A DNA stretch of 64,000 nucleotides. It comes from Sphaerodactylus townsendi (Eukaryota). The notes under the pieces were generated by a model. The model searched no databases and was not told the origin of the DNA. It saw nothing but the letters and a program-made list of their open reading frames with translations. The position numbers and the translations under genes are program-made. Position 1 is the first letter of the stretch; each line of letters begins with the position of its first letter. The stretch covers positions 25,234,001 through 25,298,000 of the forward strand of contig NC_059429.1 of the NCBI RefSeq assembly GCF_021028975.2. Reading direction: 5' to 3'. Positions 10,435 to 22,073 of this stretch are shown one piece after another.

Positions 10435-12774
10435 CAGGGGCGGATTTAGATGAAGAGAGGTCCTAGGCTGATCTACTTGTTAGGCCACTCTCCCCACCCT
10501 CACAACCATAGGAAGATGGAAGACTATTTTAAAACTGAGTGAAGCCAAGGATGATGATGGGTGTTTAAAATCCTGCAATTCACAATTGCTCCTCTAAAGG
10601 ACAGGCATAAGATGTTATTGTGAAATACCGTAGTCATTGAAAAAAGTGCATAAATGTTAAAATTAACAGTGTGAAAAACTTTTGCCATAACCATACATTG
10701 TAAACATTTGTGAAATAAGCAAGAATTTTGAGGAAAATGAAATTGTAAGTTTACTGTTATAGCCTTTAAAAAATGTTGACCTTACACATTTTATTGCCTG
10801 GTAATAATTAATAAGATGATCATGACTACCTGACAATGATAGCGTGACATTTTTAGATCCTACTTTATGTTGTGATTAAAGTCAGTTTTGAAATACATAT
10901 TAAGAAATAAACTACAATCATCAAATACACTAAGACTAAAAAAAATTTTCTAGCCTGCCTTCTGGCAAAATCAGTCAAAAGTTCATCAAAAATTTGTTTG
11001 TCACTTTCAATGCACAAAATACTCAGTGCAGGCGACCTATCTTGAGACATTGTGGCCCTTAATTCATTTTTAATTCTTTTGAGTTCTGAAAAAGATCTCT
11101 CCTACAAGAAGTTAGTGACCATTAAATTAAGAAACAGCCACAAGATTGCTTCCATATTATGGAAGGCCATCTGAATTTTTTCCTTGTATGTAATTTGACA
11201 AAGGCAGAGGTGTATCGGAGGGGGGTGGTGGCGCCCAGAGACATCCCTTTCTCTGGGCGCCCACACACACACCCTGCACTCAGGGGCGTGGCTTGGGGAG
11301 GCCAAAAGCCATCCTGCACAGAGGGCGGCAGCGGGCGGCCCTGGTGGGCGCTACAGCCCCCCACCGCTGAGCCCTGCCCCCCACCTCCCTGCAGGCCAGT
11401 TCCTGAGCCGGCCTGCAGGGAGGCGGGGGGCAGGGCTTGGTAGTATGTGACTGGGGCACACACACACCTTTTGGTCATGTGGGGGGGGGACCCCATGTCC
11501 CTATGGGCCATATGCCTCTGGATAAAGGTCTGTATGGCTTTGTCAAGTGAAAGTGCAAAAGTTAATCAGTAAGTTTCACGTCAACATCTTCTGGGTTTGC
11601 TTTCATCAACAGTTCAACACCTTGCTGAATTTCCTGTTTAGATGCTGTCAGATTAGCAAGAAAGGAAAACATTTGTGCAATATCACAGTACACAGTAGCT
11701 CTTCTCAAACTGGCTTCAAGTGCATCTAGTTTAGGAATAAAGGATTTAATCCTAAACTTATCTCTTGAAGAAAGTTCATCTAAGTATCAGGACCAGGGGC
11801 ACTTCCATCATTCCCCTGTCATTTCCTTGTCACCTTGTGACAGTTCAATAGTTAACATTTGGCGAAGCTTATCAAAATTTTCTCTAAATTTGTTTTAAAA
11901 ATCCTGAAGTGAACTGTACAAACTAGTACAAGTACTCCTTCACAGTTCTGATTTCTGAATGGCTTTGCTGACCCCGTGAAAATGGCCTGGCACACGGGTC
12001 CAAAAATGCAGCATTAACACAAATTCCAGTTCTTTCATTCACTGCAGAAGATGGTTAGCTTGAAGCCTGGTACCACCCTTCCCATTAACATCGGAGCAGA
12101 AATGACCGAGGCCATCAGCGATAGCACTGTAACTTTCTAAAACAGCTTCCGCAATTTTTGCATGTGCCTCCCACCCAGTGTCTGACAAATATTTAGGCAC
12201 TTTTGACTGAGGCTGTAAAAATGATTTTAGGACTGCCCATCTCTTCGAGGAGGATGAAAAGAAGGTATCATTTCATTGATAATGCCAAAACAGTTCCCTG
12301 TGTCAAGGCAGCAGTCAACGGCCAAACAGCGCACCAAATTTCAAGCATGCCCAGCGCATGGAGTAAAGCATGGAATAAATGGAATGAAAAATACAGGCCA
12401 ATAGCTACTTAATATAAACACCACTCCCTTCCAGCAATCATTATAAGAAATCCTCATACCCAGAATATTAATATGGAGTTTGTAACAAGGCTGGAGTCCT
12501 TTTAAAGGAACTTCCTACAGTTTCAGGCCCTTCGGTCAATCTGGGAAGATTGTGCCTTTTCTTCCTTATGTGGAATATTTTAATTATCTAGTGGACTCAG
12601 TATTACACAAGGAAAATTACTGAAGAGTTTTTTAACAACTACAGCGTGTTTTGGCAGCAGGTGTAAGAAAGGCCTATGACAGTGTCAAAAATATCATACA
12701 CCTGGGCCAGAGGCCCGCTAGATTTTGAGGCCCTAGGCATCAGCCTGGCAAGTCTATAGATAAGTCCGGTCCTG
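10435..12774 (-). mobile_element. hAT DNA transposon with decayed transposase
   Basis: 8-bp TSD caaccagt at 10427-10434 and 12775-12782; TIRs caggggcggattta / taagtccggtcctg; minus-strand remnant ERSFS...IKNELRATMSQDR (hAT dimerisation domain). Confidence 0.88.
11205..11520. mobile_element. Non-autonomous hAT element nested in the larger hAT
   Basis: TIRs cagaggtgta / tatgcctctg; TSD gacaaagg / gataaagg. Confidence 0.8.
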
Positions 12775-13506
12775 CAACCAGTACACTGACCAGGTCCACA
12801 GCATGACAGGCAGGAAGTTGTCCTGGCTTTGCTGAAAATTTAGAATCGGATCAACATGGCTGTGTTAGAAATATACAGCAGGAGGCACAATATAATCTAG
12901 CTGCCACTGCTACCTCTAGTTTCTATTCTCTAACTACCTGTCCACCTACATCTTGTTGCATTTCTTACTCTATTCTAATTATGGTCTGGATGCAGACTGT
13001 GGAGTCACTTATGCATAGTTCTTCTTGAATGTACCAATTGACCAGAATAAAAGCCTTGCCTACTTCTGTGCAGCCGGATCTGCACCAACCAGTCTGTGAA
13101 GCTTTCCACAGCATAGGTGTAAGCAATATCGCCTGCTGATGTCTGCAGACGAAACAGCTGTTAAAGACACAGACGCAAGGGACCAGTTTTTTAAAAATGG
13201 TAACTGCTACTCCCACTCTATCGTCAGTGGAGCCTGCCAAGTAAATCCTAATTCAAAATACAATAAGAGAGCAAAACAGAATAAAAGAGTCAAGAGGCCA
13301 AGCTATTTATAGATCACTGTAGCAGTGAATGCAAAAATGATACTATGGGTTTGGTTAGAGCAGCCTAACATTAAGTAGAAATGTTTATAATGGGACTGAA
13401 GCAACAGGAATCATATGTCAGGCTCAGCACCTTCAGGCTTGCTGTGAATCTCAGAGGAACTGGCTGAGCTCTGCCCCTGGCTGAGCTCTGCCCCTAATTC
13501 TGATGA

Positions 13507-13779
13507 GCCTCAGAGACTAGACATGAAATAATGGATTCAAGGTGCAGGAAAAGAGATTCCACTGAAACATTAGGAAGAACCTTCTGACTGTCAGGGCTGT
13601 TTGACAGTGGAATTCACTGGACACAGTATATAACAGACTTCCCGCTGTGATACACCTCTGAAGATGCCAGCCACAGATGCAGGCGAAACGTTAGGAACAA
13701 GTTCCACCAGACCACGGCCACACAGCCCAGAAAACCCACCACCACCTGTAGAATCCAGCCGTGGAAGCCTTTGACAATA
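13507..13779 (+). mobile_element. CR1-PLE chimeric insertion (CR1 13507-13620, PLE end 13621-13779)
   Basis: About 94% identical to the reverse complement of 359-577, with the same junction. Confidence 0.8.
13655..13695 (+). ncRNA. Minimal type I hammerhead ribozyme motif (PLE-type), intact core
   Basis: cct CTGAAGA t gcc-agccacagatgca-ggc GAAA cgtt agg. Confidence 0.68.
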
Positions 13780-13943
13780 CATATCAAAAGAATCTTCAGG
13801 CAGTTCAAATTTTTTGTATTGTGCATCAAAGTGGTTTGAAACATAGAACAAATATATTCATCAACTCCTGAAGCCATATTGGATGAAAAGAAGAGAGACA
13901 AGCTTGTTAGTCGAATGTCCCCTTCTGTACTGAGTCCCTAGAT

Positions 13944-14420
13944 CAGTGGTGGCGAACCTATGGCACGGGTGCCAGAGGTGGCACTCGAAGCCCTCTCTGT
14001 GGGCACGCACAAACAAGAGTGCCTGGGCTGCTGGGCTCGATTATTAGCATTAAACTGAAGACCCAGTTTTGGGGAAGCAGTGTAGGTAACCCTGTTAAGT
14101 GCTGTTAAACTCCACTGATTTTCATGTGAAGAACTAAAGCATGATCCTTTACCTGAGCAAGCTCTGCAATGGGGCCGCTTCTGAGAAAACCCCTCCTAGG
14201 GATCAAGGATTCACCCATTGGAAGAGTTGCACAGCTGTCAAGCAGCCACCGACTACCACCAAGCCTACTCCTGAGTAACGCATGCCTCGGAGCCCCACCG
14301 TTTTTTCTAAACTAAAACCTCACTATTCAGGTTAAATTGCCGTGTTGGCACTTTGCGATAAACAAGTGGGTTTTGGGTTGCAATTTGGGCACTCGGTCTC
14401 AAAAAGGTTCGCCATCACTG
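13944..14420. mobile_element. Non-autonomous hAT element
   Basis: TIRs cagtggtggcgaacct / aggttcgccatcactg; TSD ccctagat; related copy at 48855-49257. Confidence 0.9.
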
Positions 14421-14902
14421 CCCTAGATCCTATAGAATGGAATCTTTGAACTAGCAACGACGCACAGAGACATGCATTACGCCATTTTGTGAACAGGGCT
14501 CTCCCAGCGGCAGTGCCTGCCAGAGGCTAAGACCTTGTTAGTGTTTTTTTGGAGGACTAGTTGAATGCAAAGGCTGGTAATTTTGCCCTGATGGATTACA
14601 GAGAAGAATTCCAATAGTGGAGAATCTACAAGAGAGTTTTCATTAAGAGTTATCCATTGGTATGACAGAACAAGCCTTTCAGCCTGCAGCCTAAAAGTGC
14701 TTAAAAACAGATATAAGTGCTTCACAATTTCCATTATATGCAGCCTTTATACAGGTTAATATGCTGGTGTAATATAGTGCTTGTGCAATAAAGTGCTTGC
14801 GTAATATAAAAAAAATTGCATTGTGCATGTGGACGTATGTTCTGGCTTATTATGTTAGATTAGACAGATACTTCAAACAAACTCAGAAGTTACAGATTTT
14901 AC

Positions 14903-15070
14903 CTGCCCAGTCCAAGAATTCTACACACTCCGTCTGCTCATAGCGGTTGGCAATATCTCTAGCCTTTTCACCCTGAAAGGTTGTTGCATATATGTCAGCT
15001 TCCAGTTCTATGAGAGTTTTCAGAGTTTCCAGTTGCCCCCAGGCAGCAGCACAGTGCAGGAGTGTATAAC
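14903..15070 (-). CDS. ANKRD45: ANKRD45 second coding exon (168 nt)
   Basis: cag|GT TAT ACA... TGG GCA G|gtaaaa, phase 1/1. Confidence 0.92.
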
Positions 15071-17196
15071 CTGTGGGAGTGAACCAAATCAACTATATAA
15101 GATTTCAGAATCTGGAAAAAATACAAAATAAAACTTTATTCATATCTACCAGTGTGGGGCTCTCCTCATGAGGCACTGTTGGGAAGATGTGATGGAGTTG
15201 GGAAATGGAGTACAGAGATATCTAGTTAAACACTAATGATAGAGGTCAAATAATATATGAAATGAAATCTTTTCAAAAGTTGAATACAGAGGGCTTGAAA
15301 ATAGATTGGTGGTTTTACTCTCAACCGAGGAACTGCTTTTTAAAGAATAGAGTAAATTTCAGGAAGATAGATGAACTAGATAGACTTGAAAAAGTTCTCT
15401 TAACATCAGATAAATCTCTAATTGGGGATATGTACAAATTATGTAGGGATTTAGACCAAGAAAAGGACTGCATTAAAGACTACATGATAAAATGGGCTAG
15501 AGATCTAGGCTATAAAATTATGTTAGACTCATGGGAACATCTTTGGACAAATACTCTTCGCTTTGCTACAAATAATTTCCGGTATATAAGGCAGACTTTT
15601 TAATAAAATATGGCTAAGATGGTATATTACACCTGATAAACTGGCCAAGATTTACCAGTGTTCTGACAGATGTTGGAAGTGCGATAAAGAACCTGGCTCC
15701 TTTTATCACAAATGGTGGCTATGTGAAAAAGCACAAACCATTTGGAATAGTATGATAAAGAAATTATGAAGATCCTAGGAATCAAAATTATCTGTAAACC
15801 AGACCGTTATTTATCAGGGATGGTCAACAAAAGACTGGAGGAGAATCAAAGTAAACTATTCCAATATCTTGCTGCTGCAGCCAGCTAAGAATTGGAAACT
15901 TTATAAATGCTCAACTCAATCAGAGGCTCATTCCGCACATGCAGAATAATGCACTTTCAAACTGCTTTCAGTGCTCTTTGAAGCTGTGCGGAATAGCAAA
16001 ATCCACTTGCAAAAATCCACTTGTGAAAGTGGTTTGAAAATGCATTATTTTGTGTGTGCGGAAGGGGCCAGAATGGCAAATAAAAGTTATGGAAATAGTA
16101 CATGTGGTGAAAATATGTGATATGACAGAACTTGAAGGGACCATGGAATTTTAAAAGGAATGGCAAACTTGGTTTAATTATGTATAGACTGTATTGATAT
16201 AGACTTCTTGATTTTCTCATTATATTAATTTTTAAAAATCTATATATAGTAGTAGTGACAAATTGGAAGTAACCTGGCCTGAAGTATTATATTGGAACTT
16301 TGAGTATTGATATTTCTGGGTCTCCTTATCTAATTTTTCTTCTTTTTATAAATTATCAAGATGTTATAACTTTATGTTTTCCTATAAATATATTCTTCTT
16401 ATATTTCATTATTTTCTCAATAAAAGAATTTTTAAAAAAGTCACCACAAATTACAGTGGAAAGAAACATAACAGCAGTATTCAAAAAACACTGAAGTGTT
16501 CCAGACTGACAAAAACATCTAGATTCTGTGTAAAATGGAGAAGATGCATGTCGTGAGGAAGGATTACAATCAGACGAAACTTTAAAAGTTATCCTCTCCC
16601 CAACACTAAGGGGAAAAAAATAGGAAGCAGGGTAGTAAAAAATATTGTTGACATTTTTGCAAATGTGGGGAAAAATCCTAAACACAAACTCAAAACGGAG
16701 ATTAAATGTAACAGGGAGGTGGCTAAAAAGTCACCTGAGGACCTGAGAAGCAGTACAGTAGAGCTGAAATATCTAGTGCATTTGGATGGGAAAGATTAAG
16801 ATGGCGACATGCTTCACAATATCTTCAGAAGAACCAACAGAAGACCTGTGGCCAAGAACCAGGCTCCAAAAATGCTGTCATTTATGTACCTCTGGCTGTC
16901 TTATCCTTCAAATCCACTCCATATTTTGCCAGTGTTCGAATAACATCACTCTGGCCAGCCATGCAAGTCGCATACAACAGATCCCTCCCTACAATGTCCT
17001 TTTCCATCAGTAGCTCAGTGGCCTTTTCACGATCAGGATCCTCTGGGTCATCAAAAATCTGTTGCACCCCTTCTGTGTCTCCAGTCAGAGCGGCCCTCAG
17101 GAGAGGGTTGAAAGTTACTGGTTCCTCTTGAGGCTCCAAATCCTCTAGTGTGCTTGCTTCCACTGAACCCGCAGACTCCTCTTCTACCACTTCCAT
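14903..17196 (-). CDS. ANKRD45: Ankyrin repeat domain 45, 5' coding part; join(17196..16890,15070..14903), continuing beyond the window start
   Basis: Ankyrin repeats NPLLRAALTGD, GRDLLYATCMAG and GYTLLHCAAAWGQLETLK; synteny with KLHL20. Confidence 0.92.
15180..16439 (+). mobile_element. L1-clade LINE 3' fragment
   Basis: KWARDLG...W, RWYITPDKLAKI...CWKC...YHKWWLC (L1 ORF2 C-terminal zinc-binding region); ends with AATAAA and an A-rich tail. Confidence 0.85.
15925..16069. mobile_element. Harbinger-like MITE inserted in the L1
   Basis: TIRs ggctcattccgcac / gtgcggaaggggcc; 3-bp TSD aga; relatives at 50814-50956 and ~60570-60712. Confidence 0.7.
16890..17196 (-). CDS. ANKRD45: ANKRD45 first coding exon (acceptor at 17211, ATG at 17196)
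   Basis: MEVVEEESAG...KDKTAR G|gtacat. Confidence 0.9.
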
Positions 17197-17318
17197 TTCC
17201 TTCAAATCAACCTGAGAAGACAGAATGAACATGAAGTTGCTTTTATCAGATTATGGATTAAGTGATTTGTACATAATGTCTGTCTATGTGAACTTTATAC
17301 CTGAGCCCTCCGGGGGAG

Positions 17319-17467
17319 NNNNNNNNNNNNNNNNNNNNNNNNNNNNNNNNNNNNNNNNNNNNNNNNNNNNNNNNNNNNNNNNNNNNNNNNNNNNNNNNNN
17401 NNNNNNNNNNNNNNNNNNNNNNNNNNNNNNNNNNNNNNNNNNNNNNNNNNNNNNNNNNNNNNNNNNN
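17319..17467. other. Assembly gap (N run)
   Basis: N bases. Confidence 1.
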
Positions 17468-17602
17468 TCTCTAATCTGCAGGTCCTTCAGAGTCATCTCC
17501 TTTCTACTGAGAGATGTTGGAAGCAAGAGAGGAGAATGAAACCCACCCATGCCCTCAAGGACTATTCACTAAAGGAGTATATGTTCAAATATCACTTCCT
17601 AA

Positions 17603-17729
17603 TGTATTGTCGAAGGCTTTCACGGCCGGAATCACTTGGGTGCTGTGTGGTTTCCGGGCTGTATGGCCGTGTTCTAGCAGCATGCTGCTAGAACACGGCC
17701 ATACAGCCCGGAAACCACACAGCACCCAA
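17603..17729. mobile_element. PLE-end insertion forming a perfect 94-bp palindrome (17636-17729)
   Basis: 12-bp TSD atcacttcctaa at 17591-17602 and 17730-17741. Confidence 0.8.
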
Positions 17730-19254
17730 ATCACTTCCTAACTTAGCCTATTATTGTGGTGGAAAGATTCACCATGATCCAACCTGTTTCCATTCTTCAT
17801 ATTTACCATTACATTTACCTGCAACTTCTAACAGTGAGTATAGATATCTGACTTAGGAAAATGAAGTGGTGACTGCAGTAATTTTGAAAAGACAGCATTT
17901 TTCCTAACAGTGTTATTTGATGGTATTACTGGAGTAACAATTGCGTCACAAAATGCTTTTGGAAGTAAACGAAGAATAAAAATGAAGTCTTGATTATTTA
18001 GGATTGACTCTGTGGGGATCAATCGAGAAAACAAAATTGACATAATTTGCATTCTCCAGTACCTATATAAAATTTCAACATGTGACTTTTCTTCCATGGC
18101 AATTTATTTCCCTTCCAATTTGGTTCAAAGATTTCTTCTTATCATGAGAAAACATCCAGATTAAGAACAACATATTTAAGTTTGCATTGTACATCAAAGA
18201 ATAAGGAGGAAAAACAAAGGAAACTCAGGAATAGTCTTTTGTATGTTTTCCGGGCTGTATGGCCATGAAGTTTTTGCTCCTAACATTTCACCTGCATCTA
18301 TGGCCCATTTGTAATTTTTGTGAACATGTCACAGTAATTCAAAAACTTTACCTAAATTAAGTTTGCCCAATTAAGTTTTTCAAAAGTAGAATTATTATTC
18401 AAGCTACTTTAAATAAGTTTGGATTCAAAAACATGCGTTCAAAGATAAAAGTGCCAGATGTGCCCCCCCCCCCCCCCGAGGACTGTTCCATGAAATGTCT
18501 GGGTTATAATTCTAAAAATACTTTACGGGGAGTAAGTTCTATTGAGTAGACTTCAGTTGTATTCTAAGTAGACCTGCTTAAGATAATATTTTTGAGTCCT
18601 GCACAGTCACAGGATACCCTGAACAACCCCCAGTTGAGTGGGGAGCTGCTAAAGCTAAGGTTTTTGGAGTCAGTAGAACAGAATGAGCCATAAGGAAGGA
18701 GAGCAGGAAGGGTCTTGAAAAATTCCCTAAAAGTATTCAGCACCCGCATAGCAAAGGAGGTAAGCTGTATTTCTATTTAATTCATAGCTTAAGTGTGTAT
18801 AAATGAATGCAAATTAACCTACGCACAATTTGTACAAATATCCTTTTTAAAAGTCACCCTAGGCCTGGTTAGGTTCCCACAGAAAACTGATATGTTAGAA
18901 AAGAGAGTTAAGAAAGTGCACTTTTATTTAGTTAGCAACTTTTGACCAGTTCTTCTTCCAAAGAGTTCAGAGCATCATAAATGGTCCCTCCATTTTGGCA
19001 ACCCAGTGAGGTAGTTTAGGCCCAAAGAATAACTGGCTCAAACTAGGTCACCCAGTGAATTATGGTGTGGCTTTGAACCTGGGTCTCCCAAGTCCTAATT
19101 TAGGACTCCTGAGTCAGTATGGTCCTGACTGTGCACTCCTCTCAAGTGACGGAGGTGCATGTGCATGCTAGTAATACACCAGTAATATTGGCGGGGGGGG
19201 GGGGTGTACCTTCTAGGAAGAGAGTAGGCTTTCAAATGTCCTTTTCCCTTCTCT

Positions 19255-19625
19255 TGGAGCCTCGTTACATCCCCTTTTGCTTCCAGCTACTACATCGCCA
19301 TGGCGATGCCGTCGTCATGGCAACTTCATAGAGTGCCAAGGGCGGAACTCGAGCACGCGCGTTCGATATTCTCCCACGGATCACTACCAGGACAGGACAA
19401 CTTCCGGTCGGCGGAGAACAGCGGGAGGGGGCGTGAACAGGCAGCGGGCAGTTTCCGGGGCTGATTGACGCTGGGGGGGTTGCTAATGCCATCGGAGAAA
19501 CCGGGAAACGGCGGCTCTGCTCCCCCGCCTCACCTCCTCCACAAGTGGCAGAGCCTGTGTCGGGCACCTCTGCAGCCCCAAGACGGATGTTTCGTCAGAA
19601 TAAGCTGCTGTTCCCAGCTAGAAGG
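19255..19625. promoter_or_regulatory. CpG-rich bidirectional ANKRD45/KLHL20 promoter with RFX X-boxes and an ETS site; probable non-coding first exons
   Basis: CpG cluster; catcgccatggcgatg at 19293-19308, gtcgtcatggcaac at 19311-19324, acttccggt at 19400-19408, GC box; candidate donors at 19209 (-) and 19625 (+). Confidence 0.8.
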
Positions 19626-19772
19626 TCAGTTTCTGGGGTGGGATCAAGTGTGGTGGGGAATGAACTATGGCAGGTGGGTTTATGGATATAAAATGGGGGG
19701 AGAGAAATAACACTATAAGAGCCTTGCTGGATTGTCGTGCCAAAGATTCATCCAGTATTCTGCTTCCAACTG

Positions 19773-19802
19773 TGGGTGGGTGGGTGGGTGGGTGGGTGGG
19801 GG
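19773..19802 (+). repeat. (TGGG)7 microsatellite, G-quadruplex-capable
   Basis: Read directly from the sequence. Confidence 0.9.
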
Positions 19803-22050
19803 ATGTACTTCTGGGAAGCTCCCAAGCAAGAAGGCAATAGTTTTCTCCTGTGGTTTGCATCCCAGTAACTATGATTCAAAGGTACACTGCCATTGCATAT
19901 GAAGGTTCCATTTATCTGTTGTGCCTAATAGCACTACGATGGATCTAGTATAAAGCGCTGTCTAAGCTAATGTCTGTTATTAAATGTGTGATGTCGTGTA
20001 TGTTAATTGGCACTTTAGGGCTGAGAGAGCGTGGTGGTGCTGAAGCAGGAAAGTTAGTGAAGGAAATCTAGTGGATTGCGGAAAATAGTTTGAAGAGATG
20101 CTCAAATTCAGGGAAATGGTATTGGGGTTGAGTTGACTGTGAATTATATGTGGCAAAAGAAACAGTTTCCAGCATGACATCCTGGAAAGAAATCGTTGGA
20201 ATTTTGGCCAGACTTTTTGGATATAAATTCTAAATGCTTCAGAAGTCTTTTGCATAATGATTATTTGTCTTTAGTCTAAGAAGCCTGAAGCATTATTTCC
20301 AGTTAACATATATTCAGTGTCTTAGATGGTATATAAGAAAATATGAGTCCAGTAGCTCTTAAAAAAAAAACAGACTTTTTTCCAGGGTATAAACTTCATG
20401 TGTGAAAACTAACTTTGTCAGTTACTGTTAGGTGGTGTATGAATGTGCATCTTATCCTGCATACTGACTAGCAATACAATCCCATGTAGAGATCATCCAG
20501 ACCAAGATCTCTGATTTAGAGGGTGATCTTTAACTGGTCTATTCAGGTATATTCCATGGGGCTTACTTCCAGGAAAACATTCTTAGGATTGCAACAAAAG
20601 TCTGTGTGCACTGAGTTAGATGGAATCCTAGCTCATATGGGATGATAACACTGCATATCTGTTGTGCAATCCTTTACTGAATTACTCTGATCTAAGCACT
20701 TAATTATATGGACAAAATTTTATTCCAACACTGGAGAAAATCTTCACATTCCTAAGCACCAGTATTTTATTTGAGAGGAACTTTTTTTAGTCTAAGATGA
20801 CAAGAAATCTTTCAGAAGATTATATAATTTAATTTTAGGCTTACCTAAAAAGTCATCAATTTTTTTTTTTTTAGCCCATGGATAAAATGAGTTGAAGTCA
20901 GGAATTGTTGATATACCAAGGCTTGTGAGTCATCTCTACCGCATCACCTGGTGAGTAACGGTGATTTTATCTGATTTATACTTGAGCTGAATTTTAGGCA
21001 TTCTAAAACTTTAATGGGATATGAGAGTTGAACTTGGGAGGTATCCTATTATAGCTGGGGTGGTGATGACTCACTTCCAACCAATCACCATGCACATATG
21101 GCTTGGGGGTGGGACATACACAGAACAGGTGAAAAACAACACAAAACAGTGGAATGTAGCTATTACTCAGTCTCTCCCGCACTCACCCTTCTCCCACACA
21201 GCTGAATAATTACAGTTACTGTACAGTCTGCAGTTGCCTGAGCAGGAGCAAGTGCAGGCATTGACTGCTCCCCGTGGGAGGGTTGTGATGCCTGGTGACC
21301 ACAACTGCACCATGAACTGTTATGTGGTGATACAGGAGTCCGGGAAGAGGAATAGGCATATGGGAAGAGGAGGAGAAGGAGGAGGGAGCTGATGACATGG
21401 GGTTGAGGGAGAAGGAAAGGCAGGAGGGGAGCACCCCTCAGTGGCTGCCATTAACCATTTCATGTCAATGCAGGCATCCGGGAAGAGGACGAGGAGGGTG
21501 CTAGTGATACAGGGCTTAGTGGGGAGGAAAGGCAGAAGAGGTTGGCCCCCTCGGTGAGCACCATTAACCCACCAAGAGTTTTTTAGAGCAGGTTGTATTT
21601 ATTTATGCAACAGGCTTTACGGCTTGTTAATGTATAAGCACAGAATGCTATTTCTGGAGGATGTTCTCCTTAGCTTTCATCAAGTGAGGATTTTTAAAAA
21701 CTGTTTTAGATAGTGTTTTATTGTGTGTGTGTAATGTACTTAGATTTGCAACCTTAGATGCATGTTTGTCTGATAGATGACCATGAGGTGGGTAGCAGAA
21801 TTGTGTGCGTGTATTCTAATTTCTAAAATGCTCATGTTATCCGAATGAAAATTGGGATAAATCACATTGGTAAAATTCAGTATTTGAAAAATAACTTTAA
21901 CTCTAGCATTCCACTTAAGCACTTTTTTTGCTGTTCTGGCAGACCTTTACCTAATGATAAACTGTAATGATCGCCAAAGTTACTACACACTGTTTTTTCT
22001 CCTTCAGGTCTGGCAGAGAAACGTGGGGCAAAAACTTCTCTTTGCAGTGC

Positions 22051-22073
22051 ATGGACGGAAAGCCAATGCGCAG
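22051..22073 (+). CDS. KLHL20: KLHL20 coding exon 1 (MDGKPMR; exon starts at 22008)
   Basis: ATG at 22051, ag|gtaaga. Confidence 0.93.
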
